Origin: Lama glama | Lineage: Eukaryota | Direction of reading: 5' to 3' | Assembly: GCA_028534125.1 (NCBI GenBank) | Contig: CM052818.1 | Coordinates: forward strand, 35,714,001-35,778,000 | DNA length: 64,000 bases | Shown: piece after piece, positions 44,612 to 56,207 of the stretch | How the letters are laid out: each line of letters begins with the position of its first letter | Numbering within the stretch: the first letter of the stretch is position 1 | Notes under the pieces: model-generated | What the model was told of the DNA's origin: nothing | The model's input: the letters and a program-made list of their open reading frames with translations, nothing else | Databases searched by the model: none | Program-made: the position numbers and the translations under genes

Positions 44612-47004
44612 GTTCTGGTAAGTAGAAGCAGCCTGGTCCTGGAGGCAGCCAGCCTAAAAGGTATACGGTAATGTGTGTGATTTAGATGGACACATTATGG
44701 TAATGTAAGATGTGCTTATAAGAAGGAGCCAAGATGGAGAGCAAGAATCTGGCACTAAGTACACGACATCTAGCCTTGCATACCATGTTTACAAAAAAAA
44801 AATATTCTCCAATGGAGCAAAGATTGTGCTGCAAAAACTAGAAAAGGTAACAAATCCTTGAAAAGACTCTCCGATGCTTTGGTAAGTTTCTTACATTTGA
44901 AAAATGGTTTATAATTAACAAAGTGCTTCCATATGCTGGCAGTCTTGTCTTAAGCTTACTGATTCAGAAAGGCTTTGACTTGCCCAAGATCAGAGTCAGT
45001 GGCAGGACTGGAATCGAAAAAACAAGTCTTTGGCTAGTTTAATTTTCTCTTAACCTCCCATAGTTGGTTACTCATTTGGTTTTCAGTCATCTAGATAGTA
45101 GTTAGAGAATGGTTTGAAAAGGGGTCATGAGTAGTTCAAGTGCTGTAAAGTGTATCTTCTATTTTAAATTGGCTAATTGACATTCTGGATTATAAGTCAG
45201 CCTCCTGTGACTGTGAGTTGTGTGACTCAATACCCTAGGGCCCAATTATCATTGGATGAGCTGACAAAATTGAGTTTTTGAACTTGTAAAGCTGAGGATC
45301 AGTGCCTTGGTCATTGCTTCTCATGGGGCTGGCAGAATGCAGAGGGTGCCCCTGGAGGGGCATGCTAAAATCTCATTCTGTGGTGGTTTTTATCAACACA
45401 TCCTCCATATCCTCTCCACAGATCCTGAGATGCCATCCTAGGCTGTGCATTGTTTCCTGCTTAAGAATCGTGGCAATAGTGAACCACTGATATTGACGCG
45501 AAGGTGTTAGTGTGGAAAATGGCTGAGAACCACTGTCCACAGCTACCATGACCTCACAAGTTTTAGCCATCCTCCGAAGTCAAGGTAGCACAGCCCGAGG
45601 TTCTTCTCTACGTTAAGGTCCAGATATGGTAGGTCTTAATTCTGGCCTATGGTTGGGTTTTAGCCTCTTGGGCTTTGCAAGGGCCAAAAAAGTGGTACCC
45701 AAGTTCTGAGCCTAGGTTCTTGAGAAATAAGATAAAAAGCAGATGAAGAAACAAGATCTCACTTTTATTATCAATAAGTTAGAAAAGAGCTTTATGAGAT
45801 AGCCTGAGTGAGCTTGCTAATTTCCTGTCTTAAGGGAAAGTATGAGTAGACTGAGCAGATACTCACCAAAGTTGTTCCATCCCACTGGTCACATGGAGAA
45901 GTAGAGAGAGAGAATAAATCCCCCGCATTCAATCTATTAAACCTTGATAGATTAGTTCCACCCACATGAGAAACATGGACCAAAGGCAATCATCTGCCAA
46001 CTAGGTCATTCATTCAGTCTGCATGAGGAAGAGAAGGAGTGTAGCAACAGACTGGGAGCATTATGTTACTTAAACTCACTCTGTAAAGGAAGAAGTGAGG
46101 ATACAGCATTCTACCTTCTCCCAGCACTACATATAAGGAATTCTGAAGAAGTGCTAATGATCTAAGAGGAAGACTGTTCTGGCAACAGGTACAAGATGTA
46201 TTTGTTGGGAATGGGGAGGAAAGTTGGGACATCAGTAAGGAGTCTGTATGAAATAATCAGGGCAAAAGACTGTGATGAAGTGGCTGCAAAATGAAAATTG
46301 AGCTGTAAGAAATATGGTGTTATCTCCTCATGGTACAAATGGAAAGAGCAAGGCAGCTGACAGTCCCAAAAGATTTGAGATTAAGGCTGAACTCTGCTAC
46401 TCAAAGGCTATGCAACTTTGCCTTAGTTTCCTCACCAGTGAATATTTCTAACAAGAATTAAACCATCAGTTCAAGTTTGAGGATCAATTTAAACAACACC
46501 CTGCAAAAGCACTATATGTCTGTCACCACCACAGACAATGTAGTCTCTTTCAACGCAATCATTATACTCCGTGTTTTTCTCCTGCGTTGCATTATTGAGA
46601 CGTCAGATCAGGTCCTTGCACTGGCTGGGATGTGCAGTACAATAACAGCAGTGTTTATAGATATCCTTGATTTGCTGTTGACTGGCTTGGAATGCTTTTA
46701 AACCTTTACTGTTAGGTATGTTAATTTGTTGAAAGTTTTAGCAAACACTTTCTATCAGATTAAGGAAGCTCCCTTCTGCTGCTAGTTTGCTAAATTAAAA
46801 ACATTTTTCATATATGTGCATTTTTTAAAAGTCAAATAACATTTTTGCATTTACCAAAATGATCATAAGGTTCTTCTCCACTGTTACTGTGTTGGATTGT
46901 ATTTCAAGACTTCAAATACTGAACCATCTTTGTCCCTGGAATAAACCCTGCTTTGGCATGATTAACATGATGGAGGCAGCCTAGTTAAGAGACCTGGGAT
47001 CCAG

Positions 47005-47998
47005 TCATCTTTCAGTCTCATGGCTTTAAAACTTATGCTGACTTCCGAATTTGTATCTTCAGCCCCAACTACTCCCCTAGATTTCAGCCCTGTCTCTACC
47101 CAACTGATTGGACATGTCCTCCTCTTGGATGTCCAACAGGAATCACAAATTTGTGACAGAAAATAAATTAAACCTGCTTCTTCCCCATCTCTGTTAATGG
47201 AAATTCCATCCTTCCAGTTGTTCAGGCGAGAACCCTTGGGGTTGTTTTTGATTCGTCTCTCACTTCACATCTGATATGTCAGCAAATACCGTTGTCTCTA
47301 CTTTCAAAGTAATATCCAGAATCTGACCGCCTCTCACAATTTCCACAGCTGTAACTCTAGTCCAAGTCATCATCTCTCGCCTGTACTATGACAGTAGCCT
47401 CCTGCAGGTCTACCTGCTTCTGCATTTGCCTTCTCTACAACTATTCTCAACACAAAATCCTGAGTGATCCTTCCAAAACCCAAGTTAAAATCACGTCACT
47501 CCCCTCCTTAAAATCCTCCAGTGGTGCCCCCATCTCAGAGTAAAAGCCAACGTTCTTATTCAGGTCTACAAGGCCTTACACCATCCTGGCCCTCATTACC
47601 TCTGCCTTCATCTCATACAATTCTCCGCATTCACTCAGCCTCAAGACTGTTGTTCCTCTGCTTAGAGAGCTCTTTCTCCATGTTGCCATGGCTCACTCTC
47701 TCACCTCTTTTAGGTTGTCACTCAAAAGTCACCATCTCTGAAGACCTATTCTGACTTTCCTGTTTTAAATTGCAACCACTCCCCTCTGGTAGTACTCTCT
47801 ACCCCTCCTTCCCTACTTAATTTTTCTTCAAAGCATTAATCATCTAGCACATCACATGTTTTGTTCATTTATCAACGATCAGTAGAATGCAAGCTCCACA
47901 AAGGCAGGGGTTTTAGTTTTTTCTTCACTGATACAGCCTCGGTGTCTAGAACAGTACCTGGGAAATAGTAGGTATTAAATGAATACTTGTTGACTGAA
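47005..47998 (+). mobile_element. LINE-2 (L2a-like) 3' region
   Basis: CTCATGGCTTTAAA...ATATCCAGAATCTGACC...AGAATGCAAGCTCCACAAAGGCAGGG...CTAGAACAGTACCTGG...TAGTAGG...ATACTTGTTGACTGAA. Confidence 0.8.
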
Positions 47999-48954
47999 AA
48001 TGTATATATTGTTATTACTATTACTTTAAAATATTCATTCTTTAAAATAGCTATTGTTCAGTATTTTAAAAGATAAACCCTTAAGAGTCCCAAGACTAAC
48101 CACAACTTACTTTTTGCAGTTGATAAGAGTGACTGAAGTGACAAAACCACTTTATTTGAGGTTATAAAAATCACATATCAAAGACTGATTTTAAAAACTA
48201 GAACTGGTTCATTATACTATTCTTTCTACTTTCATATATGCATGAAAATGTCCTTAATAAGAGGCTTTTTAAAAGCTTTCAAGAGAAGGTAAAATGAAAT
48301 TTTAAAGCCTAGGCTTAGATATGTATGAGTCTTTAAACAGAGTATATTTTATGCACAGCCTTTTCCCCAGCTGGTTTTGGTTGAACTTTAAAAGTCTAGC
48401 TAACTGAATAATTATCATTTAAAATACAATTGCTAACTAACATCAGAAAAATGTTTAAAAAAAGGAAAAGCTAATCTAAAAAATTAATGCCTATTTTATG
48501 AAAGTTTGCAAGCTAAAAAGGAAACTGAACAGGAAATATGCAGCCTAAAATTTAGTAGAGGCAGGTGTGTAATAAATTACTTTAGATTTGAAAGCAAAGC
48601 AGAATTGTGCAGGACTGGCTCTTCAGGTATGAGGAAAGGAATTCCAGGTAGACATTTTTTCTGTTAGAGGAGGGTCTTCCTTCACAGTGACCTGTCCCAT
48701 CTGTCCACTTTCCAAGTTGCTTAAGTCACTCAGCTTCCAGAGGCAATGATTTTAAAAGCCAGTCTCACAGAAATTTCACAAAAAGCCATCTTATGCTTGT
48801 TTAATTTCATCATGAATCACTTCTCAGTGGCATTATATTGTAGGTGAAAGATACAGTAGGGCATTCTATATATTCATCTTGGGAGAGAAAAGTGGAAGGG
48901 ATTGTCTCTCCTGATCTGCCTTTTCTGGTTTCTCATTAACTGTAGTCAATCCAA

Positions 48955-49188
48955 GGGGGCGGAGGGTGGGAAGGGATAGACGGGATTTCAAAACTGTAGA
49001 ATAGATAAACCAGATTATACTGTATAGCACAGGGAAATATACACAAGATCTTATGGTAGCTCACAGAGAAAAAAATGTGACAATGAATACATATATGTTC
49101 ATGTATAACTGGAAAATTGTGCTCTACACTGGAATTTGACACAACATTGTGAAATGTTTATAAATCAATAAAAAATGTTAAAAAAAAA
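48955..49188 (+). mobile_element. Young 5'-truncated LINE-1 3' end with TSD
   Basis: CTGTATAGCACAGGGAA L1 3'UTR motif, AATAAA plus A tail; exact TSD TGTAGTCAATCCAA at 48941-48954 and 49190-49203. Confidence 0.88.
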
Positions 49189-52100
49189 TTGTAGTCAATC
49201 CAACCAGCTGACCTTCAGTGGGGTAGTAATTTCTGAGGAAAGTAAAGGGTTTAACAGTTAAGCTATGTAAATATGCTGCTTGGGACTGTAAGTAATGAAG
49301 TACTATTTTTGAGTAACATTTATATGCATTAATTTTTTTAGACACCATCCTTAAAAAGTGGTAGTATTAAAGATAAGATGTTCTGTAAACTCTCGAAATA
49401 CGTAGAGGCTCGTATTTCATGAAAAAAGGAACAATTATCAGGATAGACTCATGACTTCGTCTCGAACTCCTGGACATTCTGCAACCTTCCTTTAGCTTAA
49501 CAACCCAGACTCTAGGAAGACAACTTAGTACCTGGTCTATCCATCAGCTCCTTTCCCTTACTAAAAATACTGCTTCTGAATCTATTTCTTTAATCAGCAG
49601 TTGAGAGCCTACTAAGTGTAAGGCACTGAAGGGGAGAAAAAGAGGTGTGAACCTCTTCTTCAAGAAGCTTACAATGTGGTGGAAGAGAAAAACATGTATA
49701 TATAACTGAGTGCCAAATGGAGACCCCAGCACTGCACAAGGCAGTACAGAAGTGGGGCTAAACTAAGTGTGGGCAAGGAGGGCTTCCTGGAAAGGGCATC
49801 TAAACTGAAGCCTTGAAGGACAACTTATAAGGAGAAAGAAGGAGCATTGTAGACTAGGGAAAGAGAATGAATATGGCAATGGAAGAGGGAACATGCATAG
49901 TAAATCCAAGAATAGAGACCAGATCAGTGTGGCAGGATCATTTGCTTAGAGAGGGTGTAGAGGATCTTCAAGCTTAAAAGGCAGGGATATTCAGATCAAC
50001 TATAGGCAAGAAGTAGTCACTAACAGATTTTGAAGGTTGTGTTCAGAGAGACTTCTCTGATGATTGTGTAAAGGATGAAAGTAAAGGCATGAGGGTAGTT
50101 ACTATAATCACCCCCAAAAGATAATTAAGTCCAGAATTCAATCTCTAATCAGTGGGCTTAGAAAGAAGAAGACAGCTATGAGGCATTCCAAAAGACAATT
50201 TGCAGTTTGGTAATACGAGTGGGAGGAAGCCTTGAAAATGACCACTAACAGAATGATGATGTAATTAATTCAGGTAAGGAACACAAGAAGATATTTATGG
50301 GGAAATGAGTTATTTGGTTTGGGACTTAAGTCTGAGGTGCTGAGGGTAGGGGTGTGATCCATCCATGTGGTAATGTTCACCAGCTGGAAATTGAGGACTA
50401 CATCCTGGGTAGAAGAGTGGACTTAACGATGCATATAAATGTGAACTGTACTGGGTTCCAGGGAAAAGATGAAACTGTTCAGGGAGAGTATAGGGACTTG
50501 TTTGAGAACTATTACCCTCACACACATTTAAAATATGGGGGAAAATCAGTATTTTAACACATTCAATATTAGTGCCCAGTTTTATTTTCAAAATGGAATA
50601 CCCCTACAAGTTTTTAAGGAACTTGGAGTTCTGGAGAGAAAGGTTTAACTCGTAAGGATTTCCAGAGCCTCTATGTGTCATTGTCTAAGCATGTTTTGAT
50701 CTCTAATAGTTGTACGGGGCAGTGGAGACGATGACAGATTTCATCACAAAGCCCAAGGATTGACTCTTGGGTCCAGCACTTACCAGCCACCTGACCATAC
50801 AGCTGAGTTTCAGTTTCACCATCTGTGAGATGGGGCTATGACCTACTCTAATAATTGCTTCATAGGATTTTGAAGGTCAAATGACATATTGTATGGGAAA
50901 GTGCTATACAAATTAAGAAACTATTAGCACAAGAGTATTAGCCTAGCAATATAGCCTGGCTATATTGTAGAAATGACAAGAATTTAACTGATTATAATAA
51001 TCTCCATTATTAGGAAGGAAGCAAATTCAGACAAGTGTCGCCGTACTTCCCACACTGCCCAGCACAGTGTCAGTACAGCAACGGCTCATCAAAAATGACA
51101 TAAATACTAAAAACTTGATCTAAGGTTTTTTGTTTTATTCCATACCTTCGGATGTCTGGGCATTGGAGAGGGAGGAAAATCTGATGGAACAGAAATTATT
51201 CCTTTTAGTTCTTCTTTTCTCAAGCCAATGTCTCAGGTTTACTACGGAAATCTTTCTGGGTATCACTTGGTCCTGCTGGTTGCACAAACTACCTAAGTTC
51301 TGAGACAAGCACAAATGATTAGACCAGAGCTAAACTTCAGCATAGGAGAAAGATTTATTGTCTGCAGGAGGATCAAAAGCTAGGGAAAAGTGAATGCTTC
51401 CATGATGCACTCCAAGAAACCAAATTTCTTGCCTCACAAAAGGGATCCTCTGTCAGTCATTTTATACCTGCCCCACAAGGAACCCACATTTCCTCAAATT
51501 CTTTTAAGCTAAGGGGATGAGGCTGCAGTTTCACAGAGCCCCTTCTTCATTTCCTGTTAAGATATGCAGGGACAGGATACCTCTCCCAAAACTGTACTGG
51601 GATACCTGCTATGTTATGCCAAAGCTCACCCCCATTTAGGCCTCCAAAGGGCAGCCTCTGACTGCATCCAGAGAAGGGGCCAGGCCCTCTCTTCCCAGCA
51701 CTTGAGTTTTCACCCCTCTTCTCAAAGCCTGTTTTCAAGAATTATTTCATGTAAGAAAGCACTGCCTAAGGTCACACAACCTTATTAAAGATGAAAGTCT
51801 GCAGACTCTGAATGAGTCCTTAATTATATAGTCCAGGAGAGTGAATCCAGAATTTGGAATTAGAAGACTTGGTTTCAAGTCCCAGTTCCACTGGTAGACA
51901 GCATTTGTGTCATGACCTTTCTCTTTACAACTCCCTCAAAGGACTGCAGAGGATTGAATGAGATAATGTACCTAATTTTGCATCTTAGAAATTGTTTCAG
52001 TGCAAATTTATTTTCCATGAATTAAAAAGAAATATTGTCATCAGCCCCAACAGACTGTGTAAAAGATATAAAACCTCTACCTCTGGCTGGATAGGGCTAG

Positions 52101-53869
52101 TCATGGAAGAGAACTTAGCCCCTGGCTGACACAATTTTCAAGTGAGGATCTCAAAGCCTAGTTCATGTTCCTCCTGGAGCCAAAGGCTAATTTAAATTAC
52201 TTTCCAGTCAACTGGTTGACAAAATTCTATTCACATGTTTGAGAAGTCAGGCACACTGGTTAACAATTTAGAAGAATAGCTCTCTGGGGCTCCTTCCTGT
52301 CTCCAAGCCCTCCTTCACAAGTGCCATTCCTCAGAATTTTCACCCTGCTCTTCACTGAGCTACTTGCTTCTCATCCTGCAAACCTAATTTCAGATGCCAC
52401 TTCATCCTCAAGGAAACATTCCTTCACTCTCCAGGCAAGGTCTCACTCACAAAGCGACTTCTAACTCTCCTTTATATTCCTTAATTCTATTGTGATTATA
52501 ACCATGTAAGCACTCTCCATGTGACTTTAAGCTCTGGGAGAGCAGGGTTCGTATCTGTTTGGATCCTTCCATATCCTTAGTGGCTCAGATAAAGACAATG
52601 CAATATATTGAATGAGGCCAGAGCTTTGTGTTTCTTCAATCTTGTTAAGAGCTCTTGTGACAATGAGCATAAAGTATATAAAGAAAACTAATTTAGTGGT
52701 GCTGGCAGAAAAGGTTCTGGACGGAAAAATGCTTCCTTTGGCAGTTTTCTCCAATAAAAATAATTTATGGGCTTAATTAAATCATCAAGATCCTTTTCAG
52801 AGGTACAGGAATGGTCAAGGATCGACCTTGCTCTGAATTATTCACTTGAATATTCAAGTGGAGCAGTTCTTTTGGGAAGAGCAGTTAACGTCAATAAGGA
52901 AATTAGCACAATTTCCTTTGTAAACAGACAACTGTCCTCTCTTTTTCTTTGATTGTTAGGGCCCAGGAGACAGTTTCTAAGTACAGACCCTATCTTAGGC
53001 AAAACCAGGAAGAAGATGAAGTTCTATCTCAACCTCACTTTTTCCTCAATTGTTACTACTTGTTTTTCTAATGGCCTTCCCAACCCTACCTTGGGATAAA
53101 TTTAAATCAACGTTCAGCCTCATGTAAGAGAAGTATCATTTTTACCTTACTCTGATTTTTGGTTTTTCTCTCTTCAGTTTTGTTCCCCCAAACATATATA
53201 TGACAACAGCTACCAAATTTGTGTGTATTTGTGTGTAGGAATGTGTATGTGATAAACACTCTCCCTCTCCCCCTAGAATCACAGTTGCTCACCTACTCCC
53301 CCTCCTAATCTTGGCCCACCCTACTTGGCCAAGTGTTGGTGGATTTAGGCTGCCTTTAAAACACACAAACAAGAAATAGGGCTTACATTCTGTAAAAATG
53401 TCATTGTCAGGAAGGAGCCTCCTCAAGTAAGATTCAACATCTGTATACCGTGTATAATAATACTAAATGTTAGTATATAAAAACGAATGATTGAGGCAGA
53501 GATGGTATCTTGTAGCTAAGAAGCACTGCTTGGACCAGGTCTCCTGGGTCAAGAAACAGCAGGGCCAGAATGTTTAATTATCAGACAAGTGGCCAGAGTT
53601 AGAATTTCCTCACAGCCTACTACCATGACCTTGCTGTGACCTCAACTTTCACTGGGCTGGTTCTTATTAGGGTGACTTCGAGGAGCCTTGGCTTCAGGGA
53701 TCCTGTCTTTTATTATCCCTTAATTACTTGTTAGTCATCTTAGGCTTTGGCAATTCCTGCAGGACGTAGGTTTCATTTCTTCCCTGTAAATGAAGAGGCA
53801 ACCCACGAGGTTGTTAGACAAATTCTATTCAGTAGCTGGAAAAGTGAACTTCCTGTGGAATGACAGGAA

Positions 53870-56036
53870 TTACATAGAAGCAAGCAATTTTATTTTCCTC
53901 AAATGTAGCAATAATTTTAATCTGTACATACATAAAACAAACAGTGCAATTATAAAACCTTGAAGGTGACATGCATACTTTAAGGTGCAGTTGGGATGGG
54001 GGAGGATGTTAGCATCTCCAATTTTCCTTACCACTTCTTTTTTTTCTAGTTCCTTATGCAAAAGTACTGAATCAGGAAACTTCATCTGGAATGCTGAAGT
54101 TAAAGGTGAACTTCCTGAAGTCTGCACGTCTAAATATCACAAACAAAACAGAAATGACCTCCTAGAACAGTTTGGGAGGGACTAGAGTAATATGGCTGGG
54201 CTTTCAAGCTGGGAATGAATGAAATCAGGGATGCATTTTCTCACAAACTAAAAGAGATAATGTTTGTAACTGAGTGTCCTATTTCTGTTTCATAGTTGCT
54301 ACCCACTTGAGCCCTTCCACCAATCTTTTTATTCGGTAGAGTTTCTGAATAGATGCTGTTCAGTGGAGTTACTTGTAACTAGGGGTGGTGAGATGCAGAA
54401 AGGAGGACCTGGGAAAATGGCTTCTTCCTTGATGTCTGAGTCCATGCTCCTCTTCCATTGTTAGTTCTTATGGCCTTTTCTCTGCCACGGAAGCAGAGGT
54501 AGCTGGTGCACAATGTCAGATGTCTTCGTTCACAGGCCCAGAGGTGCAGTAAAGGTGACTGATGGGGGTCTACCTTTGCTTCTTCCACAATACCTTTCTC
54601 AAGCTTTCCTGGCCTTGAAGTGGAACTTCTAGAACTGGAAAGTCAGTTCACTGGGTCCCTGACTCACAGGCCAGGATGAGACAAGACATGGCAGAGTGAC
54701 AAGACACAAAGGGAAAATACGGTACCAATTAGCCTCAGAGCAGGATAGAGAGATTTATATTTGCACTGATGAAAATTCAGATTCCCAAAGTCAATCAAAA
54801 AAAAAATGAAGATTTTCTTTGAGTACTAATTTTTCTCTGTACAAGTAGCCTGTGCACTTCTGGTGATAACTCCTTGCGCTGCTCCCGTCGGATGGTCCCA
54901 GGGACACTCTAGGGCAGGATGCTCTAGCTCATCTGGAACAGCTCATCTGGAACAGCTCTTTCTGGCATTTTGATTTGAACCCCAAAGTAAATCCATACAT
55001 GGCGTCACAGTTATTAAAATAATAAAATATTACTAGCCAAATGTAACTGCAATTCAATCAATGTTATATTTCACACACAGAAATTTAGAAAAAATCAAGA
55101 ATATGATAACAAAACCATAAAATTAAACAGAAGGAAATCAATTTCTACAAGAAATCAAATATATTTACAGTGAGATTTAAAGGGAAAAATAAGCTACTTG
55201 AATCATAAATTTAATTTTTATTTTAAATAACTTTAGCTACCTCAGCTGTTAATACAATAAAAGCAGAAAGAACAGGCTGCCTTTTTTCCAGATTTAATCA
55301 GAAAACTGTATCTACAATAATTGACATTAACTCACTTCTTGTCCTTCACCCATCTCATCAAAAATTATTGCATTTTCCCCCAAACTGTAATTTTTGGATT
55401 CCTCTGTGAATATACTCATTTCGTCCTCGTTCCTGGAGGCATCTTGGTTTAAATCCATCTTTAAAAAAAGGAGAAGGGGTACATATGTGGAGGCAAAATA
55501 TTCTCTTGAAGCCAACAGATATAGAGTTGCTAGAAGAAGCTGACTGTACACACAAGCTGCCTGGGGTTGGGAAGGGGAGCGCTGTTGACTGAGGGGTGTG
55601 TGACAGCCTTTGGTGGACGGGCACAGGCAAAGCCCCACCGGGCCCTTCTTCCTGGGTGGGGTCGGGACTGAGCCAGCGGAGGCGGAGCTTTATCTTCCCC
55701 TTTGAACTGGTCGTTTTGGTTCTCCTCCAAAAGCCTTCATCCAGATAAGAAGCCAATGACTGATTACAAAAATAAGAATAATTAAATTTGGCTCAAGAGA
55801 GAGATTGTCCAACTGTTCTGCCTTGTTATTTTTTCAATATTCAAGGCCTTTACAAAGAAAGAAACAAAAACATCTCTCAATCTCCCAACAAAAGTGAACT
55901 CTTTTTTTTTTGCTCCAAATGCTACGACCTGAAGAATGGCTGCAGATTGAGATATCAAAAATCTCAGAAAAATATATAATATATTTGTATATCTCTGTAT
56001 GTCTATTATTTAAATTTCACATTCCTTTAAAAGTGG
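53870..56036 (-). other. NCOA1: NCOA1 3' UTR (about 2.2 kb, end approximate)
   Basis: U-rich on the sense strand. AATAAA 53894-53889; Pumilio element TGTAAATA 55169-55162; let-7 seed match CTACCTC 54502-54496; miR-130 seed match TTGCACT 53949-53943. Confidence 0.7.
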
Positions 56037-56207
56037 TTATTCAGTCAGTAGCTGCTGAAGGAGGCTCTTCTGCTGGGCCTGGGGGGTCTGTGGTCCTGCC
56101 GTGGGCTTTTGAGTTCCCAGTGGACCAGGCTGGTTCAGGTAAGGGTCCCCGCCTACCAGATTCACTGTACACTGGACATCAGCAAACACCTGAACCTGTT
56201 GCACCTG
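56037..56207 (-). CDS. NCOA1: NCOA1 terminal exon coding part (SRC-1a C-terminus)
   Basis: ttccag|CAG|GTG tandem acceptor, TAA 56039-56037. Confidence 0.95.
   Translation of the reverse strand, partial: QVQQVQVFADVQCTVNLVGGDPYLNQPGPLGTQKPTAGPQTPQAQQKSLLQQLLTE

Noticed and set aside
44600..45720. Isolated splice-like motifs downstream of PTRHD1 (G|GTAAGT near 44617 and 44881; CCACAG| near 45421)
   Set aside because: Could not assemble a consistent exon chain or ORF; such motifs are expected by chance
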